A model generated the notes under the pieces. That model was not told where the DNA came from. It saw only the letters and a program-made list of their open reading frames with translations, and did no database searches. This document shows, piece by piece, positions 12,765 to 23,999 of a DNA stretch of 64,000 nt. The position numbers were made by a program, and so were the translations under genes. Each line of letters starts with the position of its first letter. Position 1 is the first letter of the stretch. The stretch is from Nemertoderma westbladi (taxonomy: Eukaryota > Animalia > Xenacoelomorpha): NCBI GenBank assembly GCA_032718475.1, contig JAUCBJ010008813.1, positions 1 to 64,000 on the forward strand, given 5' to 3'.

Positions 12765-13754
12765 TTACAAAGTTTTTTTGAGGCTAGCAAGAGTCCTTTT
12801 CTCTTTGGGGCGAGCCACTTTACTAGGAGGGCTATAACTCCTGGGTGAGGGGTGCAATACAATTGCATCGGAAGGTTTAGGGTTACGGTCGGTGTATCCG
12901 CCGGTCGAGGTACCCGGTTGATCGATATCAACCTCAGTGGAACGAGGTCGAACAACCTTCAGAGCGCGTTTCAAGACAGCAGCTCTTACTGGTCCCTGAC
13001 GAGTCGTCTGCACGAGAGCAGTAGGTGGACCATGAGTAGTGAGAAATTTCCTTGGTTTGATGGTTCTTTCTAACTCGCGTTCTTGGGCTCTATATTCATA
13101 GGGTCGTCTATGAACTTCCTGTAGTTCTGGATGCGAGTTGATGAACAAGTCACCATATTCCGGATCTTGACGGATGAAGTTGATCAAGTTATAGGAATTA
13201 AGGTCATTAGGATTAATGTTCCTGAGGTACTTGCGAACAAATTTGCTCGAAATATTCTCGCCAACACGCTTCATTAGTTTGTAGCTCGGTGTGCGAGATT
13301 TTTGCTCAACGGAAGCAAAGAGGTACGGGTGAAACGCATAAACTCCTTCATAGGCACGTCCAGGGTAGTATCGATGACGTGACTCGCAATGGAGATCCGC
13401 GTTAGCTTCCCAGGCTCGAATGTAGCGCAGGGCAACCATTTCGTCTACGCTTTCCAGATCTCGGTTGAAAGGGCAATCAAAACTTGCGTGTCCTTTAAAC
13501 TGGCAATGATGGCATTGAGTCATAAATTGAAGGCAGACTGCGAAGATTTGTAAGTTATTGAGTCTACAATACGCACAATAGATCTTCATTGTAGGTTGGT
13601 CTTGGAAGTAGGAGCAGGGTACGTTGGAGTCCACTGGGGTGAAGTGGTCTCGTGATGCGCATAATCGGCAACGTTTCCTAATTGGCATGCCGATAATCGT
13701 AGGCGGTGAGACATTGTGGACCTTGATACCATTCCAGAACATAGTTGTTGTCAC
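12765..13754 (-). CDS. BEL extra ORF, C-terminal part: Cys/His-rich protein with CCHC zinc knuckle and basic tail
   Basis: CRLCASRDH, CAYC and CHHCQFKGHASFDC (Cx2Cx4Hx4C); 329 open codons ending ~100 bp before the 3' LTR; overlaps the previous ORF by 4 nt. Confidence 0.6.
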   Translation of the reverse strand: MTTTMFWNGIKVHNVSPPTIIGMPIRKRCRLCASRDHFTPVDSNVPCSYFQDQPTMKIYCAYCRLNNLQIFAVCLQFMTQCHHCQFKGHASFDCPFNRDLESVDEMVALRYIRAWEANADLHCESRHRYYPGRAYEGVYAFHPYLFASVEQKSRTPSYKLMKRVGENISSKFVRKYLRNINPNDLNSYNLINFIRQDPEYGDLFINSHPELQEVHRRPYEYRAQERELERTIKPRKFLTTHGPPTALVQTTRQGPVRAAVLKRALKVVRPRSTEVDIDQPGTSTGGYTDRNPKPSDAIVLHPSPRSYSPPSKVARPKEKRTLASLKKTL

Positions 13755-15190
13755 TGCTTCTGGGCTCTGTGGGTTGAATCTCCTCGGACTCTAAGCAAAT
13801 TGGTTCGTCTTCCCAATTGCATAGCTGAGGTAGGCATAGCTGTCTCCTCAAGCGAACCCACTGTCTGAACTTCCATGATAGAATAACCCGTAGGGATTCG
13901 GGGTCTTTGTATGACAGAGGAATGTAAGTTCTGTATACAAACGTCCTTGAAAATGGCGAATCTCGCGCTGTCTAACTTCTCAGCAGCTGAGTCTCTTAGG
14001 CTGAGCTTAGTCAGAGCGCGGTCCTTGAACTGACTATCAACGTTACGGAACGGAGTCAGAAAGTGCCTAAAGCATTCGAATCGGATGAATTTATTATGTT
14101 CATCTAGCTTGGCGAGTTTGGTTCCAAGTAACAAGGGATGGGCGCGTATAGTACGACTGCACACATCGGCTAGCCAACCGGCAAGTGCGGCGTTCTCGAA
14201 GATAGTGTATATAGCTAATGAGGGACGAAGTGGAACACTCATGTAGCTATAAACGACGCCAGGTGCGGTCAATGGTCCGTCAAAGTATAATCGAGAATAA
14301 TGATCTCCATATACTTGTTGATAGTTGATAAGGTTTCCGACTTTGAAATTCCATCCGTATTCTTAAAAGGCAAGATGTCCGATGGAGGTTTGTTGTACTT
14401 TATTGATGCCGCTCGATGTATTGGCATACATAGTGCGGAAGAAACCTCGGCCTTCTGCCCAGAGAGCAATCAGCTGGGTGTCTACGAAAGGATATGGGAT
14501 ATTCTCCATGTTCCTGAAGTCGTTTTGGAGATCTCCATAAACAGCTGAGCCGATTTTAAGGATTCTTTCGTTAAACAATATCTCGAGCACTGGCTGGGGT
14601 AACATCGATCCATCTATACCCATGGCCGGTTTGCGCTCGGTATTGGTGACGTAGCGCTGCGCGAGTTCGAATTGTCCATGTTGGAGTTTCATTTGGATCT
14701 CGGTGAGAGTCTCAAAAGAATAATCGATCACGTCGGAACACGCTCGGGTAAACACATGGGTAGAACCAGCTAGTCCACGTATGTGTATCATCCGCATAGT
14801 TCCCAGTTCTCCAACCGGAATGCTACCTTCATTATCGTAAGTGACAACTCCATACATTTCGATAACGTTAAGAGTTTCGTTCCACTCTTTGGTGGCATTT
14901 TCTATGGTCATACCCACCGGATGCCATAAGGTGGCGCGTTCGCTAGTGTTAGGTAGATCGCTATACTTCAGATAATGTGTAGTATACGTCTCTACATCTC
15001 GATATCGCTGTATTCTCTCTTCCTCGAATAATACATCGAGATTCCAATGGACTAATCGAGTTTTAATAAATCCATTGAGATTATATGGGGGAATTATATC
15101 CTTTTCTATTCTAGAAACATTGTAAGGTTTTCTGAATGAGTTTACTTTCACTAACTGATCCAGATGTTTCTGTAGTTGTTCCCGCTCCAT
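13751..15190 (-). pseudogene. BEL extra ORF: DEDDy 3'-5' exonuclease-like (WRN/EXD/Mut-7/Egalitarian type) domain, one internal TAA at 14365-14363
   Basis: ExoI-like VVTYDNEG; LPQPVLEILFNERILKIGSAVYGDL (ExoII-like); FVDTQLIA; ExoIII-like YFDGPLTAPGVVYSYMS. ORFs 14363-15190 and 13751-14272 are in one frame, joined by 30 open codons. Confidence 0.7.
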
Positions 15191-15196
15191 ACGCTG

Positions 15197-18100
15197 TTAC
15201 TTTGAGGAGTCCCTAGATGTTTGTTGGATTAGGGAGGTGGTCGTGGGAAGAGTATCTTTCCTTCCATAGTTTCCGGATAGTTCTCTGTCTCTTTCCAGTA
15301 AACATAAACGACCAACTGGGCGATTGAGTTGTTGTGTTTCGAATACAATTCCAGGTTTCTTAAAGTTATGTCGCATGACGACGAGTTCTACCGATCGCAC
15401 TAAACTATCATCGGATATATGAGTCTCGATGATACGACCTGTCTGCCACCGCTTACGTGGAAGATCTGATTCCACAATAAGGACCATGTCTCCGGCGCTG
15501 ACGTTTTCTTGCTGCACAAACCACTTGGTTCGAAGTTGTAGCGTAGGCAGATAATGTTTTTCGAAATGGTCAGCGAAACGACGGGATAATAACTGCATGA
15601 GTTGCCAAGTTTGTCGGCAGTATTCGTCTCCGTCCGTGATTTCCGATTGTGGGAGCATGGCTACAGGTTTCTTTAGCAGGAAATGCGCGGGAGTTAGCGC
15701 TTCTAGGGAGTCGGGACTCGATGAGACTGGCATAAGCGGTATCTCATTAAGATAGGCGGCGATTTCTTCCATTAACGTCCGCAAAAGTTCGTCGGTGAGA
15801 TAAGCGCGGCACGGCACGGCACTATAAAGTGAAATGCGGTCTTCATGCTCCTGATTAATCTCTCCCAACTTCCTCCCCACCAAGGGGCGTCGGCGGCGTT
15901 GAAGGTCCAGCTAGACGCTGTTACCCTTAGCTGATCGTCCACCTGTCTTTGGTTCCAATCTTTGATGTAAGCCTTGATTTCATTGTTGGCATCAATGAAG
16001 ATCGTTCCTGACGACGACGACGAATGACGACGAGTTCTACCGATCGCACCAAACCATCATCCGAGATATGAGTCTCAATGATACGACCTGTCAGCCACTG
16101 CTTACGTGGAAGATCTAAGTAATCCCTAGGTAATTCTGCCTCTCGCTGTGTTAAAGGCCTACTGAATGCTTTCCTACAGGGTATGCAGTTCCTAAGAACT
16201 TGGTTCAGAGCTCTACGGGGTTTATGAAAATAATAGCGAGTTCGAATTTCGCTAAGAACTCGTTCTCTACCAGCATGGTAAAGCCTACTGTGAACATCTA
16301 CAATCATCTTGATTTGTATTTCAAGATTTCTAATGAGTATGGGAAATTTAGTGTCAAAGGACAATGGAGCATTAGTTAATCTCCCTCCGACACGTATTAA
16401 CCCATCTATCATCATGCTAGAGAAACGATCCCTTAAGCGCATCTGTGGATTTCTCAACAACAGGAAATACTTATCGGAATCTTCATAGCATTGTAGGAGT
16501 CTCAGTATCTGCTTATTGGTATCCTCATGCTCTTGGTAACTGATCTTCTCTGTCAGAAACCTATCCGACACTTTATAAGCGGGAAGGTCTTTAATAGCAT
16601 GGACCTTTTCGGATATGATTGGAGCAGTATCACTAGCTATCTTCGTCCTGGAATAGTGATGATGGAAACACCTCTTGAGATACACGACGGCCTTGCAAAG
16701 CCAATTCCAGGAGCTATAGTGATTTATTGCTCTCTGTAGGAGAGGGGAGAGTCCTTGCGAGACATCTGGTATTCCAGATTTCCAGTCTCTTTCTCTGATT
16801 TCTATAACAGATTTGTTCGTGGTGGGGGAGTTTAGATCCACAGCGTCGTCCCCAGAGATGTGTAGTAAAGACAGATCTATCACGGGTTTAAATAACTTTG
16901 ATTTACTCGTCCGGGTTTTAGGTTTGACTTTCTCCGCTCCCTTGGCTTGTCTAATCTCAGCCGTGGTGAGATGAGGAGGCCATTCATCCTCTTCTTTACT
17001 TAGGAAGGCGGGTCCACCTAACCAGTCTGGAGTATCTATCAGTTCTTGAGGAGTTGCTCCTCTAGAGGCGATGTCGAATTCCATCCGGAGTTTCAACCCT
17101 CAGGTAGGCTACTATACCTATTCCCATATCGCTGGCGTCTCCAAACACATGGAGTTGATAGGAATATGTGGGGAGAACGTGACCAAAATATGAAAGGGAA
17201 ATCTTAAAGTTCTCGATGGATGGTAGAGAATCTTCCCATTTCATCCACTTATTTTGTAGTTCTCCCTTAAGTGGATCATTCCACGAGTGGTTTTCGAGCC
17301 ACATTTGTTGCACTAAGCTCCGAGCAACTAATATAACTGGGCTAATAAATCCCAATGGATCAAAATAAGTGCTCAGGATACTTAGACAAATCCGTTTAGT
17401 TCTAACTGGATTATCTCGCTGTTTTAACTGGAAAAACAAGATATCTCTCTCCGTGTCCCATTTTAAGTCAAGTGTCTTGGTTTCCGGAAGATCGTCCTTG
17501 ATGAGGTCCAGATCTTTAACACCTCGGTCTTCTACCGGGATCGATTCCAGAAACTCACGGGAGTTACTAGTGAACTTGGTTAGCCGAAATCCACCATGTT
17601 GCAAGCACTCCACCGTTCTCTTGGCAACATCAATGGCTTCTTCCACCGATGGGAGTGACTTTAAATTGTCGTCCATGTATATATCCCGTTTGATGTTGTT
17701 GATAACCGCTTTAGAGAAGGCGTCTCTGTTGTCATCGGCAGTGGTACGCACTACCGAACAAGCGTTCGAGGGGCTCGAGATGATCCCGAAAGCCTGGATG
17801 GTCATCCAGTACTCCACCGGTTTTCGGTTGAGGTCTCCTTCAGGCCACCACAGAAATCATAGGCTGTCTCGATCCCTATCCAGCGCCTTGACTTGTAAGA
17901 ACATGCCTTCTATGTCCGAAGCGAATGCGATAGAATATTGCCGCAGTCTCAATAATATTCCCAACAAAGATTGGAGTAAGTTGGGTCCCGGCAACAGTTC
18001 TGAGTTCAGGGATTGACCCATGTAAAGGGCGGAGCCGTCAAACACTACCCGGACTTCGTTGGGTTTACCGGGTTTGGGAATGTAATGATGTGTTAGATAA

Positions 18101-18420
18101 TACGTTCTCTCCATTATGGGTTTTTCTTCCGGAACTCGCTCCGCGTATCCTTTATCGATAAATTTCTTCAGCTGGGTTTTATACATTTCCCTGGCTTGTA
18201 CGTTGGCCGTAAGACGCCGATGTAGTTGCGTGATTTTCTTTTCCGCTAAAGGTCGGTTATTTATAAAACTGGGTTCTCGCCGTCGGAACGGAAGACCAAT
18301 CTCATAGCGACCTTCGTCTTTCAGATAATGGGTAGTCGTTTCCTGAATCTGCTTGGCTCTCTCTTCCTCGATGGACAAGGCTTTGTCGTAGGAATTGGGC
18401 TCTACGGCTTCTTGAGTAAA
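15197..18420 (-). pseudogene. BEL/Pao pol (RT, RNase H/Peptidase_A17-like, integrase, DUF5641-like), frameshifted and partly deleted
   Basis: RVVFDGSA, SLNSELLPGPNL, SDIEGMFLQV, FGIISSP, IYMDD, FDPLGF, LHVFGDASD, GLIRVGGRL, H..LYHAG...CIPC, WWGGSWERLIRS, LTPAHFL, YLPTLQLRTKW. Confidence 0.93.
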
Positions 18421-18423
18421 GAA

Positions 18424-20686
18424 TCATACGGTGTGTTCATCACGGATTTTGTTATTGTATCGATCTATCACTTCGTTTAATTCGTCATTATAAGTAAATT
18501 GTCCACCATGTTGATTGATAAGATGGCATAAGTTGGCTTGGTTTAACCAAGTTTGGTTCTCGGTGAGGAGATCGATTGCGTTTTCCTCATCATATAATTG
18601 ATTGATATCGTCATTGTCTGAGGAGTATGGGGTTCCCTCAGTTGTGGTTTCTCCCTCACTGATTTCTTCTTCCCATTCACTCACCTGATGTATTCTTTCA
18701 TTAGGGAGTCTTTCCATTAGGGTTCTATGGGAAGGTCCAGTGAAGTACCAACCTACTCTCGTTCTTCCCGCATACGTCTGGAATGGTTGCGGTCGAGCAG
18801 GCCGTTTTTCTAATGTCTCCAGCGCTTCATGCGCATTTTGGCCGATTAATATCTGCACCCCTGGGTAATCGGTGTTGAATCTAGGTATATCATATTGCTG
18901 GGTAAAATGGTCTTCATCCCAGTTGTAAGGTTCCACTTGGCTAGTAGCAAAGTTCTTTATAGCAACCATTTTGACCAACCTTACACTATGTTCTCCTAGT
19001 TCATCCTGGGGAGTGGACAACACACCAACGTAGTAATCTGTGGCTACTGTGGATTTCCAAACCTGCATAATTCCGGAAAGGTTCAACTTAGTTCGGAACT
19101 TGGGTTGTCCAGCAAAGATGTCTTCGGCTAGTTCTTTGTCAATGAAGGTGCCTGTGCTGCCGGAGTCAAGGAGGGCGTTTACTATGAGGCTCTTCCCTAG
19201 CCCATGGACTCTCAATTGCACCACAGGGAATTCCCGGATTCTGACAGAGGAAGTTGGCGCTTTCCAAGATGGCTGTCGATCCGGAATAGTCAGCTGAGGA
19301 TCTTCATAGTCAGTTTCAGTCTCGTACGTAAGTGCTCGATGCACAGCGGTGTTGATCATGTAACAGGATTCATTTTCGTCGGAGAATTCGTCCGTGTAGA
19401 ATCCTTCCAACTCAGAACTGTGGTCAGTGTCGTTCACATCACTGAATTGGACATGTAGTTCGGGCTCACTTACCTGACTCATGCGGGTTCTGTCAAATTC
19501 GGTGTGCAGCAAGATATGATGTTTCGCGCCGCACTTAGCACACCTCGCGTCTGAGTAACAGGTCCGTCTTTGATGTCCTCGTCTAAGGCAATTACAACAC
19601 AACCGCTTATCCCACATGACATCACGTCTATCCTTTAGGGATTTCTTCAAGAATTCATCACACCCACTCAAGCGATGTGGCCCGTCGCACAATACACATT
19701 TGGGTTTGATGTTACTTACTTTAACATGTGCTGTGTTGTGCACACTTGTTCTTTCCTTGGGCTTTCTTCCATGAATTCTCTTAGGAGACGTAGGAGGAGT
19801 TGTTACCTGTTCTCTCCTGTGACTGGTTCGAGACTTAGATTTACTTACGTCTTTCCTAGTTTTATTGACATAATAAGATCTTTTGGTGTCTTTACCGCTG
19901 TTCTCCTCGTACGAGGTTTGGCTTTCGCCATCGTCTGTATAACAGACTGGTGTTACCTTTCTCCTAGAAACGGGTTTTTCACTCACCTTATTTTCCGGTG
20001 TCTTCTCTCTGGACTGCTTTAGGAGCTGTAATCTTACCTCTCCATTTAAGAATGACATGAGATCAGCCATGGTAGGGTCTCTTTGTTGCTGGTCCATCAT
20101 ATAGAGAACCTTTTTGTACCAGCGAGTACCTACTCCACCCTTTGATAAAGTAGATGCTACGGCTCCAACAACCATAGAACTCTGGTATTCTTGAGACTTA
20201 CCTAACCAATCTAGCTGTCTACAGATCTCCTGAATCTCATCGGAAAACTCTATAATCCCATTGCTAAGAAACTTTCGGGGTGCTACTAATTTCGCATATA
20301 AATACCTAGCTATGTTAGTCCTATTACCATACCTGATGTTTAGTGTATCCCAAACTTGTCTTAATCCGTCTGGATGTCCAATAAACTTTAACGCCATTAA
20401 CTTGGGAGGTCCTTCCAAGCACTCGATGAGGAATCGAAGTTTCTCTCTGTTGGATAGTACAGAGTTCTGTATTGTTATCTTTATAATATTCATTAAAAGG
20501 TAACCATTTCATCTCATTTCCATTGAACTTGACGACCTCTCCCACCTTTACCGCTTGACGGGCTTCGGTTCTAGCCATTTGACATGTAAAACTTTCTTGA
20601 GCCATCGTATTATTTAATATCGAGTTATCGGTATATAAATTTCTCGGATTATTACAATCTCTAAATAAACAATAAAAGTTACACAT
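18424..20686 (-). pseudogene. BEL/Pao gag-protease (frameshift near 20493)
   Basis: KFNGNEMKWLPF / EKLRFLIECLEG (DUF1759-like); CVLCDGPHRLSGC, CCNCLRRGHQRRTC, CAKCGAKHHILLH; aspartic protease motif ALLDSGSTGTFI. Confidence 0.92.
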
Positions 20687-21802
20687 ACAATTTTTAGGGT
20701 AATTTTACAAGAAATCTATGAACCAGCCTAACAAGGAGTTAGAATTTCTGGTTCTTACAAACTGACAGGAAACTACGGTATTTGAAAACAATAAAGTAGT
20801 AGTAAGTAAGTTGCGTTGTCCAGATAAGGAAATACCACCGTCTGACGACGTATAGTCTTAGCTCTATAAGTACTACGTTATGTACCCGGAGTGTCCTTAC
20901 CAAGAGGTTAATTACCAAAGCCAACCAGAGCTAACGTGCCTATTAACCATGTTACAACACAAATATACTGTCTACACCCTAAATTACTTTCAGAAAGCAC
21001 TGTACTCTAAACCCTAAATTAGGTACAAGTACTTATACAACAAATAACCAGCAGTTAAATATACTTGAACAGCCAAAAGAACCACGGTATCTGCTGGAGT
21101 GACCGGAGCACAAAATCAACAGTCTTTACCTACGCCAAGCAGCCCTGATGTAGTACCGAGGTTAATTTAACTATAACGGTATGTATAACAAGCACAATTA
21201 CTGTAGGAATAAACTTGGGGAGTTGGAGGTTGCGAATACTCGCATAAACTCTGAATAATAAATATTACGCTACCCATGCAGACTATTCAAATAAAACACA
21301 GACCAAATGCTGGCAGACTACTGTCAAGCCTAAATAAACTACAGTATATGCAGACTCCGAAATGGTTAGTTAGTAGGCGTTCTAACCGAGTAGTACGACT
21401 TACTTTCGGGGGGGATTTACCTTACAACACTGGATGCCCCCACCTTCCTAACTAGCACTTTATCGGACAGACACTCTACACACACTGCAATCGCCTCAGA
21501 CCTAACAACAGTTAGACAACAATCCGGCCTACAAATTATTTATACAATCTGAGCAGGCTTACACGCCTTCTGCTCAATATTACACTTACAGATAAATAAA
21601 ACTGACAGAAATAAGTAAAATCTCAATAAAAACCAGGGCTGCAGTCCCCGATTAAATATCAAGACCTACCGGTATATATTATCACAATCGAAATAATACT
21701 GCTGTACCTGTAAGTACCGGTTCGGGTGGTTGGACAGCTTACCGTCCGACCGGTACATTCGACTTTATTGCCTACGGTGCAATAAAGAATCAAATCTATT
21801 AT

Positions 21803-22913
21803 TGTTTGCGCTTTTAGACCTTTAGCAGTTTAACCTGCCAATTTTAGTTGTCCTCTTGTTTATAAATCGACTTTAGCCTATATCAATTACCTAGTGTACT
21901 GAAGTTACATCAGCCGAAGCCAGTCTGTGCGCGACCTTTCACCCACGGTTTTGGGAGACTGGATTCGGATTCCTTGAGAGTTATTGCAGTGTAGACCTAC
22001 TGTATTATTCGATTGATCGTTACTATATAATCTCTGACAAATATATTTACTTTCGGGGAAATATTAACAGTTCCTTTAGGACGTGGCGCTTTAAGTATAA
22101 AAACAGAGTTATGACTTATACTAATCACAACTAGATGGCCACAGAGTTTCGTAAATAGCGCATTCTTTAGGAGATGCTTTATTAACGTTCACACTGCTTC
22201 ACACTACTTCACACTACTTCACACTGATCTGCCGACCGTCACCGAATTTGATCATATATAAGGAGGATCGCAACTGACACATGTAGGGATTATGAAATAG
22301 CATTTAATTCACACAAAAACCACTATAATTTGAGTCGCAGTTGCTACCGGTAAACCTGTTCCTCTTACCTTCAGTAATCAAGAAGATTGGGGGTTTTATG
22401 ATTATTTATCGGTATTCTCCAAATATAACAGCAATATCCATTAATATAACAACAATTAATAACAGAAGTAAAATAATGCGGTGATTTAGTAATATGCAGT
22501 CAGTTAAGTAAATGAGAAATGAATTGTAGAGTTGAGAGTGGAGTCAGTAGGATAATAGATTTACGTTCTTATAATCAAGGCCATCTGATGTTTAGGCCAA
22601 AGTCTGAAACTTCTACACAGAAGTACAGAAGATTCCGAGCCGGTTCTGGTGCTCAGAAAAATAGTAAACAAAGACCGTAATGCATTGCGCGAGTTTCCGT
22701 AGGCCTCTGTTAGACATAAAGGGAAAAAATGCTCTGATTGGCTGAATGAGGCAGAACAAAGAAAAATTCCACGTCCACAAAGAATCAGCTGATAGATGTC
22801 GTCACACCAGCTCCAATTCCTTCCCGTCGCGTAGTTGGATAAATTTAGGGCTATTTTAGAGTATTCTGCGCATTGCGGAAAAATGACTTGTTATGTCCGC
22901 AAAAGCTTTTACA
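21803..22913 (-). repeat. 5' LTR of the BEL/Pao element
   Basis: TGTTTGCGCTTTTAGACC...AAGCTTTTACA, a direct repeat of 11534-12661. Confidence 0.88.
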
Positions 22914-23373
22914 CAGCTCTCGGGGCAAATACCACACCCTGGTTTGCCATTCCACAGGGTGGGTGTCGCAGTGGAGTCAGATATGAGGCCCATCACCCAT
23001 ATCTAATCTGGCGCACATGACCCACCATTGGCTGTGCAGCTCATCTGCTGGGTCATGCATGCCCTGTACCCCTGCTGCCAGGTGCAGGTCGCAGTGAAGT
23101 GCACTCAGAGTGGACATGAGAACACTCTACTCCTGACCAGCCATTGGTAGATCACCATCTGCCTGGCCAGGCCATATACCCCTGCAGCCAAGTATATGGG
23201 TCCTTAATCCAGGACCAAGGGCGTCCTTATCCCAGAACGTAGGGGGTCCTAATTACAGGACCAGATTTGCCCTAGTAAGAGGGTCTATGCAGCTACAGGT
23301 GGCACCTCCTTTATGCTGCATGGAGGTGGCAAGTTTTCTTGATTAATGACCTAGAATACCTGACCTGACCTTA

Positions 23374-23999
23374 CAAGGTGGCAGCAAGGTTGACTCGATT
23401 TCTCTACTTTTTGAGATTAAAAGACGATACTGAAGCACGTTCACGTCATTAATATCTGACCACCTGAGATATAATTGTCATATAATAAAACTTTCTAAAC
23501 CTCTAGATACGATTCTGATAGTTGCCAATGTTCGCCAATGATGAATATTAACATGTGTTGGAAGGTTAAGAATAATATAGACATCAGTGCAGAGGCAGGT
23601 TTCACTCAAAGGGGGGGGGGGGGGGGTGTATCCAATAACAAACGTCAAAAACTAGATTAAGTATGTGACATACTTGATCTAGTTCGAGATGATAATGAGG
23701 GTGTCGGCAATAAATGGACACAAATCAATGCCATCATGACCTTCAACCAACTCAAATACATTACAAGGGATGAAAACGATGTCCTAAAATGCCAGGTTTA
23801 TCAAAAGTGTTGATCTCGAAGTATAATAACGCATTATAACATAAGCACTATATCAGCTAATCTTGGACCTGACTTATGCATAATAATTATTGCTTTACAT
23901 TAATGTCAGAAGTTAATGACGTGAACGAGGCGACGAGCTTCAGTATCGTATTTTCTGTTCAAAACATGGAGAAATCGAGTCAACCTTGCTGCCACCTTG
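23374..23999. mobile_element. MITE with ~80-bp imperfect TIRs, TA-flanked
   Basis: TA-CAAGGTGGCAGCAAGGTTGACTCGATTTCTC ... GAGAAATCGAGTCAACCTTGCTGCCACCTTG-TA. Confidence 0.85.

Larger units (their letters stand above)
11534..22913 (-). mobile_element. BEL/Pao LTR retrotransposon, decayed, with an extra 3' coding region
   Basis: Paired ~1.1-kb direct repeats with TG...CA ends; domain order gag (triple Zn knuckle)-PR-RT-RNaseH-IN-DUF5641, as in BEL/Pao. Confidence 0.93.

Noticed and set aside
12765-15190. env gene of the BEL element
   Set aside because: No evident signal peptide or hydrophobic transmembrane segment; motifs point to a nuclease fold and zinc knuckles
16527-20503. Plus-strand ORFs overlapping gag-pol (e.g. 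17369-18016)
   Set aside because: Antisense shadows of the minus-strand coding sequence
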